Assembly (NCBI GenBank): GCA_965230945.1
Contig: OZ246397.1
Span: 239,701-303,700, forward strand
Origin: an uncultured Gammaproteobacteria bacterium
GTDB taxonomy: Bacteria > Patescibacteriota > Microgenomatia > PFEM01 > JAPLYW01
Reading direction: 5' to 3'
Length of the DNA: 64,000 nucleotides
The notes below the pieces were generated by a model. The model saw nothing but the letters and a program-made list of their open reading frames with translations, was not told the DNA's origin and searched no databases. Shown in pieces: positions 1 to 9,454 of the stretch. The position numbers were made by a program, and so were the translations under genes. Numbering within the stretch: the stretch's first letter is position 1; each line of letters starts with the position of its first letter.

Positions 1-630
1 ACTGGCAATGGCCACTAGTTCTAAATCAAAACTATTACTCTTTAAATCTAAAAGTCTATTGGCTAAAAACCAACCTGTTGTCGCTCCAGCAATTAAAGTA
101 CTATGGACAATAGCCTTAGCTTTTTGGGGATATCTCCTTTTATCAATAACATGATGATCACAGACAATAACATCAACGCCTAACTCTTTAGCTTTAGTAA
201 CTTCTTTACCGGCAACAATACCGTGATCAACGGTGATGATTAATTTGACGCCATCCTTGGCAAATTCTTCAATTCTCTTAAACTTTAAACCATAACCTTC
301 AAGACGGGTAGGAATAAAAGGTAAGGCCTGGGCCTTTAACTTAGCTAAAGCCTCCCATAAAATAGCTGCCCCACAAATACCATCAGCATCATAATCGCCA
401 TAGACAATAATCCTTTCTTTGTTTTTGATGGCCATCTTTATTCTCTTGACAGCTTTTTTGATTTCGACAGCAGAAAGCCCTAAATCCTTAAAAGTTAAAT
501 CTTTAATTTTTTTAGGATCTAAAAACTCATCAATTTCTTTTTTTGTCTTTAATCCCTTGTTATTTAAGAGAATCTTAAGAAGCTGATCTTTATCTTTTAT
601 CTTTTCTTTATTTAATAATTTCCATTTCAT
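1..630 (-). CDS. recJ: Single-stranded-DNA exonuclease RecJ (DHH family), 5' part; runs off the window start
   Basis: Not in the ORF track. Manual translation from ATG at 630 gives MKWKLL...IIVYGDYDADG...RLEGYGL...IITVDHG...VIVCDHH, the RecJ DHH motifs. Confidence 0.9.
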   Translation of the reverse strand, partial: MKWKLLNKEKIKDKDQLLKILLNNKGLKTKKEIDEFLDPKKIKDLTFKDLGLSAVEIKKAVKRIKMAIKNKERIIVYGDYDADGICGAAILWEALAKLKAQALPFIPTRLEGYGLKFKRIEEFAKDGVKLIITVDHGIVAGKEVTKAKELGVDVIVCDHHVIDKRRYPQKAKAIVHSTLIAGATTGWFLANRLLDLKSNSFDLELVAIAS

Positions 631-703
631 TTTGAGTTTACGATAAACAAGCTCCGCTTATTGTGCTATAATTTGAATAGAAAACCACCATCATTTTACC
701 AAG

Positions 704-2095
704 ATGAAGCTTAACTTACCACCATTTGTTGAAAAAATAATTGCCACTTTTGAAAAGAATCACTACCAAATTTACATTGTCGGTGGAGCCATTCGTGACC
801 TTCTCATGAACAAAAAACCTCTTGATTGGGACTTTACTACCAATGCCAAGCCTAAAGTAATTCTCAGTCTCTTTCCTGATGCCTTCTATGACAATAAGTT
901 TGGTACTGTCGGTGTCGTCAACCCCAAAGAAAAAAAGAAAGATAAATATGGCAAACCTATTATCTACGAAATTACCACTTTCAGAAAAGAAACTGGTTAT
1001 TCAGATAAACGTCATCCAGACAGAGTCGTTTGGGGAAAAACTATTGAAGATGACCTCATTAGAAGAGATTTTACCATCAACGCCATCGCCTTAAAAAAAG
1101 AAAATAGCGAATTTAAACTTATTGATCCCCACCAAGGACAGCAAGATATTAAAAAGAAATTAATTAGAGCCGTTGGCAAAGCAGAAGAAAGATTTAAAGA
1201 AGATGCCCTGCGTATGATGAGGGCCATTAGAATTGCCACCCAACTAGGTTTTTCCATTGAGAATAAAACCTTCCAGGCTATTAAAAATAATGTAGACCTT
1301 ATTGACAATATTAGTAACGAGCGAATAAGAGATGAGCTTTTAAAACTTTTCTCCTACCAGCATAATGCTGATGGTTATATGCTTTTAAGGAATTCCGCCT
1401 TAGCTGAAAAAATCCTTCCCGAAACAGAAAAAGGCTTTGGTGTTGACCAAAAAAGCCCCAAAAGACATCACATCTGGGATGTTGGCACCCATTCGGTCAA
1501 ATCACTCCAAGTATCTAAATCAACCGATCCTATCGTCAATCTCGCCATCCTCCTTCATGATGCCGGCAAGCCTTGGGCAGCTAAAAAACAAAAAGACGGT
1601 ACCATTACTTTTTATAATCACGAAGTTATCAGCGCCACTATTGCTCAAAGTGTCGCCAAAAGATTAAAGCTTTCTAATAAAGACAGCAAAAGACTAGTCA
1701 CCTTAGTCAGATGGCATCAATTCACCGTCAATGAAAATCAAACTGATAAAGCTATTAGAAGATTTATAAAAAACGTTGGTCAGGAAAATCTAGAAGATAT
1801 GCTTACCCTAAGAAGAGCCGACAGATTAGGCGGCGGAGCCAGAGAAACCTCCTGGCGTTTAGAAAAATTCAAAAAGAAATTAAAAGCAGTTCAAAAACAA
1901 CCCTTTAAAATAACTGACCTTAAAGTCAATGGCAAAGATGTCATGAGCGTTCTTAAAATAAAGTCAGGACCAATGATAGGAAAGATCTTAAACAGCCTTT
2001 TTGAAGAAGTCGTTAATAAAAAAATAGAAAATAAAAGAGAAGTACTTCTGAAAAGGATAAAGGGAATCTTAAGGCAAATTAAAGCCAATAGGTGA
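704..2095 (+). CDS. cca: CCA-adding tRNA nucleotidyltransferase with HD domain
   Basis: VGGAIRD, DWDFTT, RRDFTINA, EDALRMMRA and LLHDAGK motifs. Confidence 0.9.
   Translation: MKLNLPPFVEKIIATFEKNHYQIYIVGGAIRDLLMNKKPLDWDFTTNAKPKVILSLFPDAFYDNKFGTVGVVNPKEKKKDKYGKPIIYEITTFRKETGYSDKRHPDRVVWGKTIEDDLIRRDFTINAIALKKENSEFKLIDPHQGQQDIKKKLIRAVGKAEERFKEDALRMMRAIRIATQLGFSIENKTFQAIKNNVDLIDNISNERIRDELLKLFSYQHNADGYMLLRNSALAEKILPETEKGFGVDQKSPKRHHIWDVGTHSVKSLQVSKSTDPIVNLAILLHDAGKPWAAKKQKDGTITFYNHEVISATIAQSVAKRLKLSNKDSKRLVTLVRWHQFTVNENQTDKAIRRFIKNVGQENLEDMLTLRRADRLGGGARETSWRLEKFKKKLKAVQKQPFKITDLKVNGKDVMSVLKIKSGPMIGKILNSLFEEVVNKKIENKREVLLKRIKGILRQIKANR
2064..2080 (+). repeat. 17-bp direct repeat copy 1 (GAATCTTAAGGCAAATT), inside the last codons of cca
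   Basis: Identical to 3851-3867. Confidence 0.7.
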
Positions 2096-2128
2096 AAATA
2101 ATAAATCACCCTGGGGGTAAAATTTATT

Positions 2129-2902
2129 TTATTTCCTGGCGATATAGAGACCGTAACCCATGTATTCCAGAAATTTAAAGACGCTTTTGGGCATCCCTAA
2201 AGATTCTCTGATAAAGTTTCGGTAGGAAGGATTAACCAAGCTGCCAATAAGAAACCTATACCAGGCTCTAATAAAATCCCTGAACTCAAAGGTTTTGATT
2301 TCTTCAATAAACTGGCTGACAAGCGTCATCTTGTAGGTTTTCTCTTCAATATTCTTTAATCCCGCTTCTTTTAAGAGTTTCTGCCAGCCTTTGGAATTTC
2401 GGAATTCCGGTCCACCCATCAGACGGGAGAGATATTCAACTAATTCAGGCGGTGGCGTTTTCAGCCAAAGACATTCATTAAGCCCAACAAATCCTCCGGG
2501 TTTTGTCACTCGCAAATATTCCTTAATAGCTTTTACCTTATCATTAACAAAGGCGATAACCGACTCGCTGACAACGGCATCAAAAAGATTATCTTTAAAA
2601 GGAAGCTTTTGGGCGTCAGCCGTTCTAAATTCAACCTTCCCTTCCAAACCTTTTCTTCTTGCTCTTTCCTTTGCTCTGGCTATCATTCTTTCGGAGATAT
2701 CAACGCCAACCACTTTTACCCCGTATCTTTCCGCCAGATAACAAGGGGTTGTTCCAATACCGCAACCAACCACCAAAACAAACTTGCCTTTTTCCATATG
2801 GCACAGTTTAGCCAGTTCTTTGGTTGCTCTTAAACCGCCGAGATGTTTGGTAATGCCGAAATCAGCTTGTATTTCAAAGTAAAGGGAATCTTTTGAGTTC
2901 AT
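2129..2902 (-). CDS. Class I SAM-dependent methyltransferase
   Basis: VLVVGCGIG, VVGVDIS, ADAQKLPF and LRVTKPGG motifs. Confidence 0.85.
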   Translation of the reverse strand: MNSKDSLYFEIQADFGITKHLGGLRATKELAKLCHMEKGKFVLVVGCGIGTTPCYLAERYGVKVVGVDISERMIARAKERARRKGLEGKVEFRTADAQKLPFKDNLFDAVVSESVIAFVNDKVKAIKEYLRVTKPGGFVGLNECLWLKTPPPELVEYLSRLMGGPEFRNSKGWQKLLKEAGLKNIEEKTYKMTLVSQFIEEIKTFEFRDFIRAWYRFLIGSLVNPSYRNFIRESLGMPKSVFKFLEYMGYGLYIARK

Positions 2903-2919
2903 ACTTTATTCTAACAGAA

Positions 2920-3828
2920 TCAAAATGGCAGATCCTCGCTATAATCTTCATCTTTGATACCTTTAGTAAATTCCTTAACTTTTTCTTTTTCCGGGCAAAA
3001 AGTTTTAAAGATACAAAACTTACAGAAATTGCTTGGTTTAGTCTTAAATTCTTTAGTCTGATTGATTAAATCTATTTTTTTGATAATTTCACTTTTCAAA
3101 TCTTCAGTATCTTGCGCATCTAATTCAAATTCCTTCCGACTACCTGACCTAAGAAAAAAGAAGCTAGCTTTGTTTGCTGGTTTTTTAAATTTTTCTTCAG
3201 CCAGAACTTTATAAAATTTTAATTGAAAACTACTATTACCTTCACTCTTACCAGTTTTAAAATCAATGATATGAAGACTTTCGTCTTTATTTTCTGTGAT
3301 AAGATCAAACTTACCAGAAATATCAAAATCTTCATTTATGGGGGTAATAAGATCTTGATAATCTTTGATAGAATGACGAATATCACTGGTCGGTAAATAT
3401 ATAATTTTTGAATCTTTAATTTGCATAGAGAAAAAATTCTTCAGCATTAAAAGAGCTTGGCTATACGCTTCTCTTTCTTCCTCTATACTTTTAAAACCAC
3501 CCCATTTCCCCAATGGCATTTTTTTATTCCTTTGGGCTTCGCTTGTCCAAGTTCCTTTTAAAGTATTTTTAAGGTTTTCCCAAGTACGTACGTCCTCTTG
3601 GGCATGAAAGAATAAAGTAATGGCATTGTGGATAGCACGACCCAAAGTAAAAAAACTAAAAATATTTTCCGGCATTTTATTTAACTCACTTTTCATTTTG
3701 GAATAAATAGGGTCAAGATAATTGAATTGATATGATTTTGGGCATTTCTCAAACGAATTCAGCTTTGAAGGAGAATAAATCTTATCGTAGTTAATATTTT
3801 GTTTTACTATTTTTTTAATATCAGACAT
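2920..3828 (-). CDS. PD-(D/E)XK nuclease of the RecB/AddB/Cas4-like type, probable Fe-S cluster
   Basis: YSPSKL..F..CP, GRAIH, GKFD, IIDFKTG, QLKFY and C-terminal CKFCIFKTFC. Confidence 0.8.
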   Translation of the reverse strand: MSDIKKIVKQNINYDKIYSPSKLNSFEKCPKSYQFNYLDPIYSKMKSELNKMPENIFSFFTLGRAIHNAITLFFHAQEDVRTWENLKNTLKGTWTSEAQRNKKMPLGKWGGFKSIEEEREAYSQALLMLKNFFSMQIKDSKIIYLPTSDIRHSIKDYQDLITPINEDFDISGKFDLITENKDESLHIIDFKTGKSEGNSSFQLKFYKVLAEEKFKKPANKASFFFLRSGSRKEFELDAQDTEDLKSEIIKKIDLINQTKEFKTKPSNFCKFCIFKTFCPEKEKVKEFTKGIKDEDYSEDLPF

Positions 3829-3850
3829 AAAAAGTATTTTACCCTCTCAA

Positions 3851-3867
3851 GAATCTTAAGGCAAATT
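3851..3867 (+). repeat. 17-bp direct repeat copy 2; contains the -35 (TTGCCT, minus strand) of the nuclease promoter
   Basis: Identical to 2064-2080; minus strand reads TTGCCT-17 nt-TAAAAT-7 nt-ATG(3828). Confidence 0.7.
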
Positions 3868-3894
3868 TAGGTAGATGTGGAAGAAGTTATTAAA

Positions 3895-3972
3895 CTAAAC
3901 CGGGGCTGTGAGATTACCGCCGTCAACAATCTTGGCAATTAACAAAGTAGCTTCTTTTAATTTTTCTTCCAT
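3895..3972 (-). pseudogene. 25-aa stub ORF (MEEKLKEATLLIAKIVDGGNLTAPV), likely a truncated gene remnant
   Basis: ATG directly follows the TAA of the MBL gene; the ORF ends in the intergenic motif zone. Confidence 0.3.
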
Positions 3973-4566
3973 TTAAGTTTTCGTTGGATTTTTAAATATC
4001 TTTCCGTGTCCGGGAATAATCCAGTCAGCAATTTTTAAAACTTTCTTCCTGCTCTTTAGCAACGCTTTTTTGTCCTTAACATAGATATCCTTTAGCTTAA
4101 GCAAAGAATCTTTATCAGTCTTTTGCTTTTGATCTACACTCCACCAAAAAAGATCACCAACTATAGCAACTAAACCTCTTTTTGTTGGAACTAACAACGA
4201 ACAGTCTGACGAATTATGGCCAGGGGTAGAAATAATTTTTAAATTCGTTCCCGGAATAACTCCCTTATGGTTCTTCGCCTTATCCTGAAAATAAATCAGC
4301 TTATCATCTAAAATCCGTGCTTTGGGGAAAATTCCTGCAAGAAGAAAATGATCTACATGCCAATGAGTTATTAAAACAAAAGCTATATTATCAGGCTTTA
4401 AATTTTCTTTTTTAAGCTCTTTTAAAAGAAGCTCTCTGTTGTTTCCTGGGTCAATAATAGCATTCGCTCTATCATTTTGGACCAAAACTACTGTTGGTGT
4501 TGCATGCCAAACATAACCGGGAGATTTTTTATCGTAGCCTTGGATTAGAATTTTTACCTTCGCCAT
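3973..4566 (-). CDS. MBL-fold metallo-hydrolase
   Basis: IIDPG, THWHVDH, TPGH, VGDLF and IPGHG motifs; start moved to ATG 4566 (MAKVKIL), which follows a TGnTAAAAT box. Confidence 0.85.
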   Translation of the reverse strand: MAKVKILIQGYDKKSPGYVWHATPTVVLVQNDRANAIIDPGNNRELLLKELKKENLKPDNIAFVLITHWHVDHFLLAGIFPKARILDDKLIYFQDKAKNHKGVIPGTNLKIISTPGHNSSDCSLLVPTKRGLVAIVGDLFWWSVDQKQKTDKDSLLKLKDIYVKDKKALLKSRKKVLKIADWIIPGHGKIFKNPTKT

Positions 4567-4706
4567 GTGTATTAATTTTACCAAATTTCAGGAGAAATTT
4601 CTTATTGGGCGAGGCAGCAGGAATTTAGGTTCTTAAAAAGATCCTTAGGTTTCTACCTATCCAACACCCGGTGTTAATTCCGGGTACTAGTTTCTTTCTT
4701 TCATTT

Positions 4707-5084
4707 TTAGCAACTCATCCAGATTAACCAAACGCCCAAAAGAATTACAACTAGTAACAAGATTTGCGTTAGTACTGGTTTGTTCTGAAATTTTAGAGCT
4801 ACTTTTCGAATAACTCCAGGAAAGGCAATTCTGCTAATACCTTTGATTAAAGAAATCCAGCCAAAGATAGTAATAACAACTCTCCAGTCAGCCACCCATA
4901 CATTATGTAAAATTATTGTAACCAAACCTAAAGATAAAGCTAAATATCCAGAAAGCAATGTAAAACCTTTATCCTCAACTAACTTAAATATATCCTCTAA
5001 GCTTTTTCTTCTTAAAAGAAAAACCAGACAGACAATAACCAAAAGCCATCCCCAAAATTTTGCCAAAAAATTCTCTACTCCCAC
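4707..5084 (-). CDS. Small 4-TM membrane protein, hypothetical
   Basis: Four hydrophobic segments; GTG start with AGGAGGTG SD and an upstream TGnTATAAT. Confidence 0.7.
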   Translation of the reverse strand: MGVENFLAKFWGWLLVIVCLVFLLRRKSLEDIFKLVEDKGFTLLSGYLALSLGLVTIILHNVWVADWRVVITIFGWISLIKGISRIAFPGVIRKVALKFQNKPVLTQILLLVVILLGVWLIWMSC

Positions 5085-5303
5085 TTCTCCTCACCTCCTT
5101 TCGTTAGAAATTTACTAAGCAACCCCGAGTATTAACAAGCTTTAGATAAATTATAACAAATTTCAGGGAAAATTTTTGAAAGACAGTCTGGAGCGACAGA
5201 ATTTTAAGGTTTCCATCTCCTACCTTTGGTATTTTTTTTCAAAAGCTTGTCTAAAATCTTTTTAGCAATTGGGGAACTCTACAAACTTATGATAGGATTA
5301 GGT

Positions 5304-5987
5304 ATGAGAGTGAGGAAAAAGAAACTTAAAGGAAACTGGCTAAAATGGGGTGGATTGTTGGGAACTTTGCTTTTAGTTCCTTCCCTAATTTTAAACATCT
5401 TTCTTTTCCAAAAAACCCAAAAATTAGGTCAAGGGATAAAGGTTCTTGAGGTTTTGGATGGTGATACCATTTTGCTTGATGGCAAAGTCAGATTAAGATT
5501 AAGGCATCTTGACGCTCCGGAGCTTGAGTTTTGCGGCGGTAAGGAAGCTAAAGATTTGCTGACCGGTTTGGTGAAAGACAAAAAAGTGATTTTGGCAGAA
5601 TATATTTTAGACCAACGGGGTCGACCCCTAGCTCTAGTTTACTTAGACAATAAACTGATTAATGAAGAAATCTTAAAATCAGGTTGGGCCAGATACCACT
5701 CTGACCAAACTTCACAAACTGAACAATTAAAAGCAACTGCCCAAAAAGCCAAAGAAGAGAAAAAAGGTATTTTTAGCCCCCAATGCTATCAAACGGAAAA
5801 TCTTAAAAATCCCAAATGTAATATCAAAGGCAACGTTGATAAAGCTACTGACACAAGATTATATTATTATCCCGGCTGCGCTCAATACAAATTTACCATT
5901 GTGGAAAAGGACATTGGCGAGGATTGGTTTTGCACAGAAAAAGAAGCACAAAGGGCAGGATTTGAAAAAGCAAAAACTTGCTATTAG
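5304..5987 (+). CDS. Membrane-anchored thermonuclease (SNase fold) with C-terminal Cys-containing domain
   Basis: VLDGDT, RLRHLDAPE, DQRGRPLA and G.AR motifs; tail CNIKGN..YYYPGC..WFCTEKEA..AGF. Start at ATG 5304 is inferred. Confidence 0.8.
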   Translation: MRVRKKKLKGNWLKWGGLLGTLLLVPSLILNIFLFQKTQKLGQGIKVLEVLDGDTILLDGKVRLRLRHLDAPELEFCGGKEAKDLLTGLVKDKKVILAEYILDQRGRPLALVYLDNKLINEEILKSGWARYHSDQTSQTEQLKATAQKAKEEKKGIFSPQCYQTENLKNPKCNIKGNVDKATDTRLYYYPGCAQYKFTIVEKDIGEDWFCTEKEAQRAGFEKAKTCY

Positions 5988-6006
5988 TAATTATTGAAAA
6001 GATTAT

Positions 6007-7203
6007 TTATTTCTTCTTCGAAGCTCTATAAGAAGCTTTGACATCTAGGACAAAGGCTCCCAGACCGATGGTGATAAAGGCAAAAGAGGTAAGTCCACCA
6101 ATTATCGGTAATACGGTTAAAATATAATAGATTACCAAACCAATCGCCAATCCCCAACCTAAAGGATTCTTAATCTTAGTGTTAGAGAGAATCTTATTAC
6201 CAATAAAGAAGGCCACAAAGATTTTACTGAAATAGACAGCTAGAGCAAATAAAGGAATAAGAATGAATAGAAAAGGAATACCAATGATGCTGATGGCTAA
6301 AAAGACAACTGAAAAAGCCAAGATAATAGGAGTTAAAACACCAACTCCTAAACTCGCCAATGGTCTTTTTTGAATAACCTCAATGACTCCCTTGGTACGC
6401 TTAGGGAAAAGATATAAGAAAAGCAAACCTAAACCGATGGCAATGAGAAGAGCAACAAATTTAAGATAAAAACTGATGCCGATTACTCCCAGGAAAGCAA
6501 TCGGAGCAAAACCCTTTAAAAATCCTTTTTTAGGAAAACCTGTTTTCTTGGCCATCTCTTCATAATTAGTTTCTCCTAACACCATTCCCTCTTCGATCTC
6601 TACTTCTTGAGGCGCTTGATAGCTTAAATCACCCATTATTCTAGTTCCTTCATTAAAATTAGCCTTTTGAAATGATCCTTTGAAATTACGACCAACTAAA
6701 CTGGCAAGATTAACTTCCTGAGCATAAACAGTTACATCTCTACCAACAGGACCACTTAAATTAACTATCTGACCACCGGCTAAAGCGCTCCCTGAAATTT
6801 GTGCTTTATTACTAACCGTTAAGGTATTGCCAAAAATGGTTATATTCTTACCCACTAAACCGCTTATAGAAATAGTATTAGCGACTAGCCGAAGATCATC
6901 AGTTACTTCACCAGAGAAAATAATTGTATTTGCCCCGGCAATTAAATCGCCATTAATAATCCCATCAACAACTAAATTATTAGTGCCGACGAAAACATCA
7001 CCGTTAACAATACCAGAGATAGTTACCGTGCTTCCGGCTAAATAGAGATCACGATCGATAACTTCATCTTGAGTAATGACGACATTCTGTGGTTGCTTAT
7101 CAGCAGAAGAAGTCGCTTTCCCAAAAGCTAAAGCATCTTTATTAAAGAAAGAGAAACAAATTAAGAAAGTTAAAATGGCAAAAAGAAACCTTTTCATCAT
7201 CAA
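6007..7203 (-). CDS. Secreted bactofilin-like beta-helix repeat protein with C-terminal multi-TM domain
   Basis: Signal peptide, repeats of (V/I)xGx(V/I)xGD(L/V), then about 5 TM helices. Confidence 0.7.
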   Translation of the reverse strand: MMMKRFLFAILTFLICFSFFNKDALAFGKATSSADKQPQNVVITQDEVIDRDLYLAGSTVTISGIVNGDVFVGTNNLVVDGIINGDLIAGANTIIFSGEVTDDLRLVANTISISGLVGKNITIFGNTLTVSNKAQISGSALAGGQIVNLSGPVGRDVTVYAQEVNLASLVGRNFKGSFQKANFNEGTRIMGDLSYQAPQEVEIEEGMVLGETNYEEMAKKTGFPKKGFLKGFAPIAFLGVIGISFYLKFVALLIAIGLGLLFLYLFPKRTKGVIEVIQKRPLASLGVGVLTPIILAFSVVFLAISIIGIPFLFILIPLFALAVYFSKIFVAFFIGNKILSNTKIKNPLGWGLAIGLVIYYILTVLPIIGGLTSFAFITIGLGAFVLDVKASYRASKKK

Positions 7204-7238
7204 AGTTAAAAATAGCAGACTTTATTTTAAAAGTCAAA

Positions 7239-8111
7239 CTATTTCTTTTCTTTTATCTTATGCCAGACGACCAAAAGAGGCACGGCATTAAAGGTTGAGG
7301 AGTAAGTACCAGAAACAGTTCCGATAAGCAAGGCTAAAACAAACCATTTAATAGTCACCCCACCTAAAAGAAATAGAGCTACTAACATAAAGATAATCGT
7401 CAGAGAGTTGTTTAAAGATCTGGATAAAGTTTCGGTAATGGCTTTGTTGGCTAAATCCCCAAAGTCAGCTTTGGGATAAAGCTTTTGCGATTCTCTTATT
7501 CTGTCATAAACGACAATGGTATCATGAACTGAAAAAGACAAAATAGTAAGAAGGGCTGTCACAAACAAGGTATCAACTTCAATCCCGGCAAAATATCCCA
7601 ACAAAGAAAAAGCGCCTATTAAGACCAAGCTATCATGGAACATAGCTAAAATAGCACATACACCAAATTTAGCATTTTTAAAACGCCAGGCTACATAGCC
7701 CATGATAAGACCAGCCGCCAAAATAATGGCAATAATAGTTTTTGTCAAAAGCTCTTTACCTAAAGTCGGTCCTACTGTCTCAAGGCGAAGTTCCTCAGGA
7801 GATTGATCAAACTTCTCTTGAAAAATATCTTTTATCTTAATCGTTTGTTCACTATCTAGTGGCGGCAAACGTAAAAGAAAAGTGTTCCTTCCAGAAGTTT
7901 GAATGGAATTAACTTGATACTCATTAACTTCTAAAACTTCTTTTATTTCTTCTTTAGTCACTTCATTTACAAACTTGTATTCTGCTAAAGTACCGCCGGT
8001 AAAATCAATGGCCGGTTTTAAGCCAAAAAGAACTAAAGAAACAATACCTGGAATAATAACCAAAGCTGAAATTAAAAAGTAAAGATATTTATAGCGCATC
8101 CACTTAATCAT
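7239..8111 (-). CDS. secF: Protein translocase subunit SecF
   Basis: IDFTGG, VGPTLGKEL, SVHDTIVVYDRIRE. Confidence 0.95.
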   Translation of the reverse strand: MIKWMRYKYLYFLISALVIIPGIVSLVLFGLKPAIDFTGGTLAEYKFVNEVTKEEIKEVLEVNEYQVNSIQTSGRNTFLLRLPPLDSEQTIKIKDIFQEKFDQSPEELRLETVGPTLGKELLTKTIIAIILAAGLIMGYVAWRFKNAKFGVCAILAMFHDSLVLIGAFSLLGYFAGIEVDTLFVTALLTILSFSVHDTIVVYDRIRESQKLYPKADFGDLANKAITETLSRSLNNSLTIIFMLVALFLLGGVTIKWFVLALLIGTVSGTYSSTFNAVPLLVVWHKIKEKK

Positions 8112-9454
8112 TTTTTCACCTCCGCTTTAGAAAAGACTCTTAATAATGTCCTGGTAACAACAATACCGGTAAATAAACTTAAAATAACACCTATGCTTAA
8201 AGTCAAGGCAAAGCCTCTAACCATTCCTGAAGTATTTAAAAAAGGCCAACTAAAAGGATTAAATAAAATAAAACAAGTGATTAAGGTGGCCATATTAGCA
8301 TCACGAATAGAATCCCAAGCCCTGCCAAAACCAAGCTCCATGGCTAAAGCTCTCGGCTTACCAGCTCGAAGCTCTTCCTTCATTCTTTCAAAAATCAAAA
8401 TGTTGGCATCCACGGCCATACCTACTGATAAGATAAAACCAGCCATCCCCGGTAAAGTCAAAGTCACCGGAAGCAACTTATAAATAGCCAGGGTTACCAA
8501 TCCATAAATAATTAAGGCCATATCTGCTAAAAGACCTAATTTACCATAATAAAGAGCCATAAAAACAATGACCATTAAAAGCCCTATTAATCCCGCCCAG
8601 ACACTTTTCTGCACTGATTCAGCTCCTAAGTTAGCCCCAATATTACGCTGTTCAATAAGCTTAATGGGAACTGGCAAAGCTCCAGCATTCAACTGAATAG
8701 AAAGTTTTTTGGCCTCCTCAACGGTGAACTCGCCACTAATAATGGCTTCACCGGCGGTAATTTGTTCCTGAACCCTAGGAACAGTCACCGGTATTTCATC
8801 TAAAAAGATGGCCACTGGCCTACCAATATTGCGCTTGGTAATTTCTGAGAATTTTTCTGCTCCTTCAGAAGAAAAAATTAACCCCACTGATGGCTGGCCG
8901 GTATTTTGATCAAACTTAACTTCTGATCTTGATAAATCCTTTCCCGTTAAACCGGTCGGTTTAAAATCAAAAATAGAAGCTGCTTCAGTTGCTTCCCCCT
9001 CTAATTCCCTAAAATCCAATTGAGCTGTTTGTCCAATTAAATTAACAGCCTCACTAATATCACTAATACCGGCAAGCTCAACAATTAAACGATAATCATT
9101 ACCTACCCTAGAAGTTTGAATAACAGGCTCGGTAACTCCAAAAAGATTAATCCTTTTTTCAATATTATCCTTAGCCGCCTCAACGGCTGTTTTTTGATCT
9201 TCTTTTTTAACATCTGACATATCGGCTTGAAAAACTAAATGAGTACCACCAGCTAAATCAATTCCTTTTTTAATTTCCAAATCTCTTTGTAGACGAAAAC
9301 TACCCAATCGCCAATCAATCCCAGGACGTCTAAATTCCTCATCTATCTTGAAGTTTTTAAAACTAAATTTAATGGGAATCTTGCCAGGAAGTGAGACAAA
9401 TAAAGAAAACAAAGCTAAAACAACAATAAACCAAAGCAAACGACGAGTCTTCAT
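8108..9454 (-). CDS. secD: Protein translocase subunit SecD
   Basis: GIDLAGG, LNAGALPVP, GMAVDANILIFER. Confidence 0.95.
   Translation of the reverse strand: MKTRRLLWFIVVLALFSLFVSLPGKIPIKFSFKNFKIDEEFRRPGIDWRLGSFRLQRDLEIKKGIDLAGGTHLVFQADMSDVKKEDQKTAVEAAKDNIEKRINLFGVTEPVIQTSRVGNDYRLIVELAGISDISEAVNLIGQTAQLDFRELEGEATEAASIFDFKPTGLTGKDLSRSEVKFDQNTGQPSVGLIFSSEGAEKFSEITKRNIGRPVAIFLDEIPVTVPRVQEQITAGEAIISGEFTVEEAKKLSIQLNAGALPVPIKLIEQRNIGANLGAESVQKSVWAGLIGLLMVIVFMALYYGKLGLLADMALIIYGLVTLAIYKLLPVTLTLPGMAGFILSVGMAVDANILIFERMKEELRAGKPRALAMELGFGRAWDSIRDANMATLITCFILFNPFSWPFLNTSGMVRGFALTLSIGVILSLFTGIVVTRTLLRVFSKAEVKK

Noticed and set aside
2064-5225. Integron attC sites or a CRISPR array near the Cas4-like gene
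   Set aside because: No RYYYAAC...GTTRRRY-bounded hairpins, no integrase, and no regularly spaced repeats of 23 bp or more.
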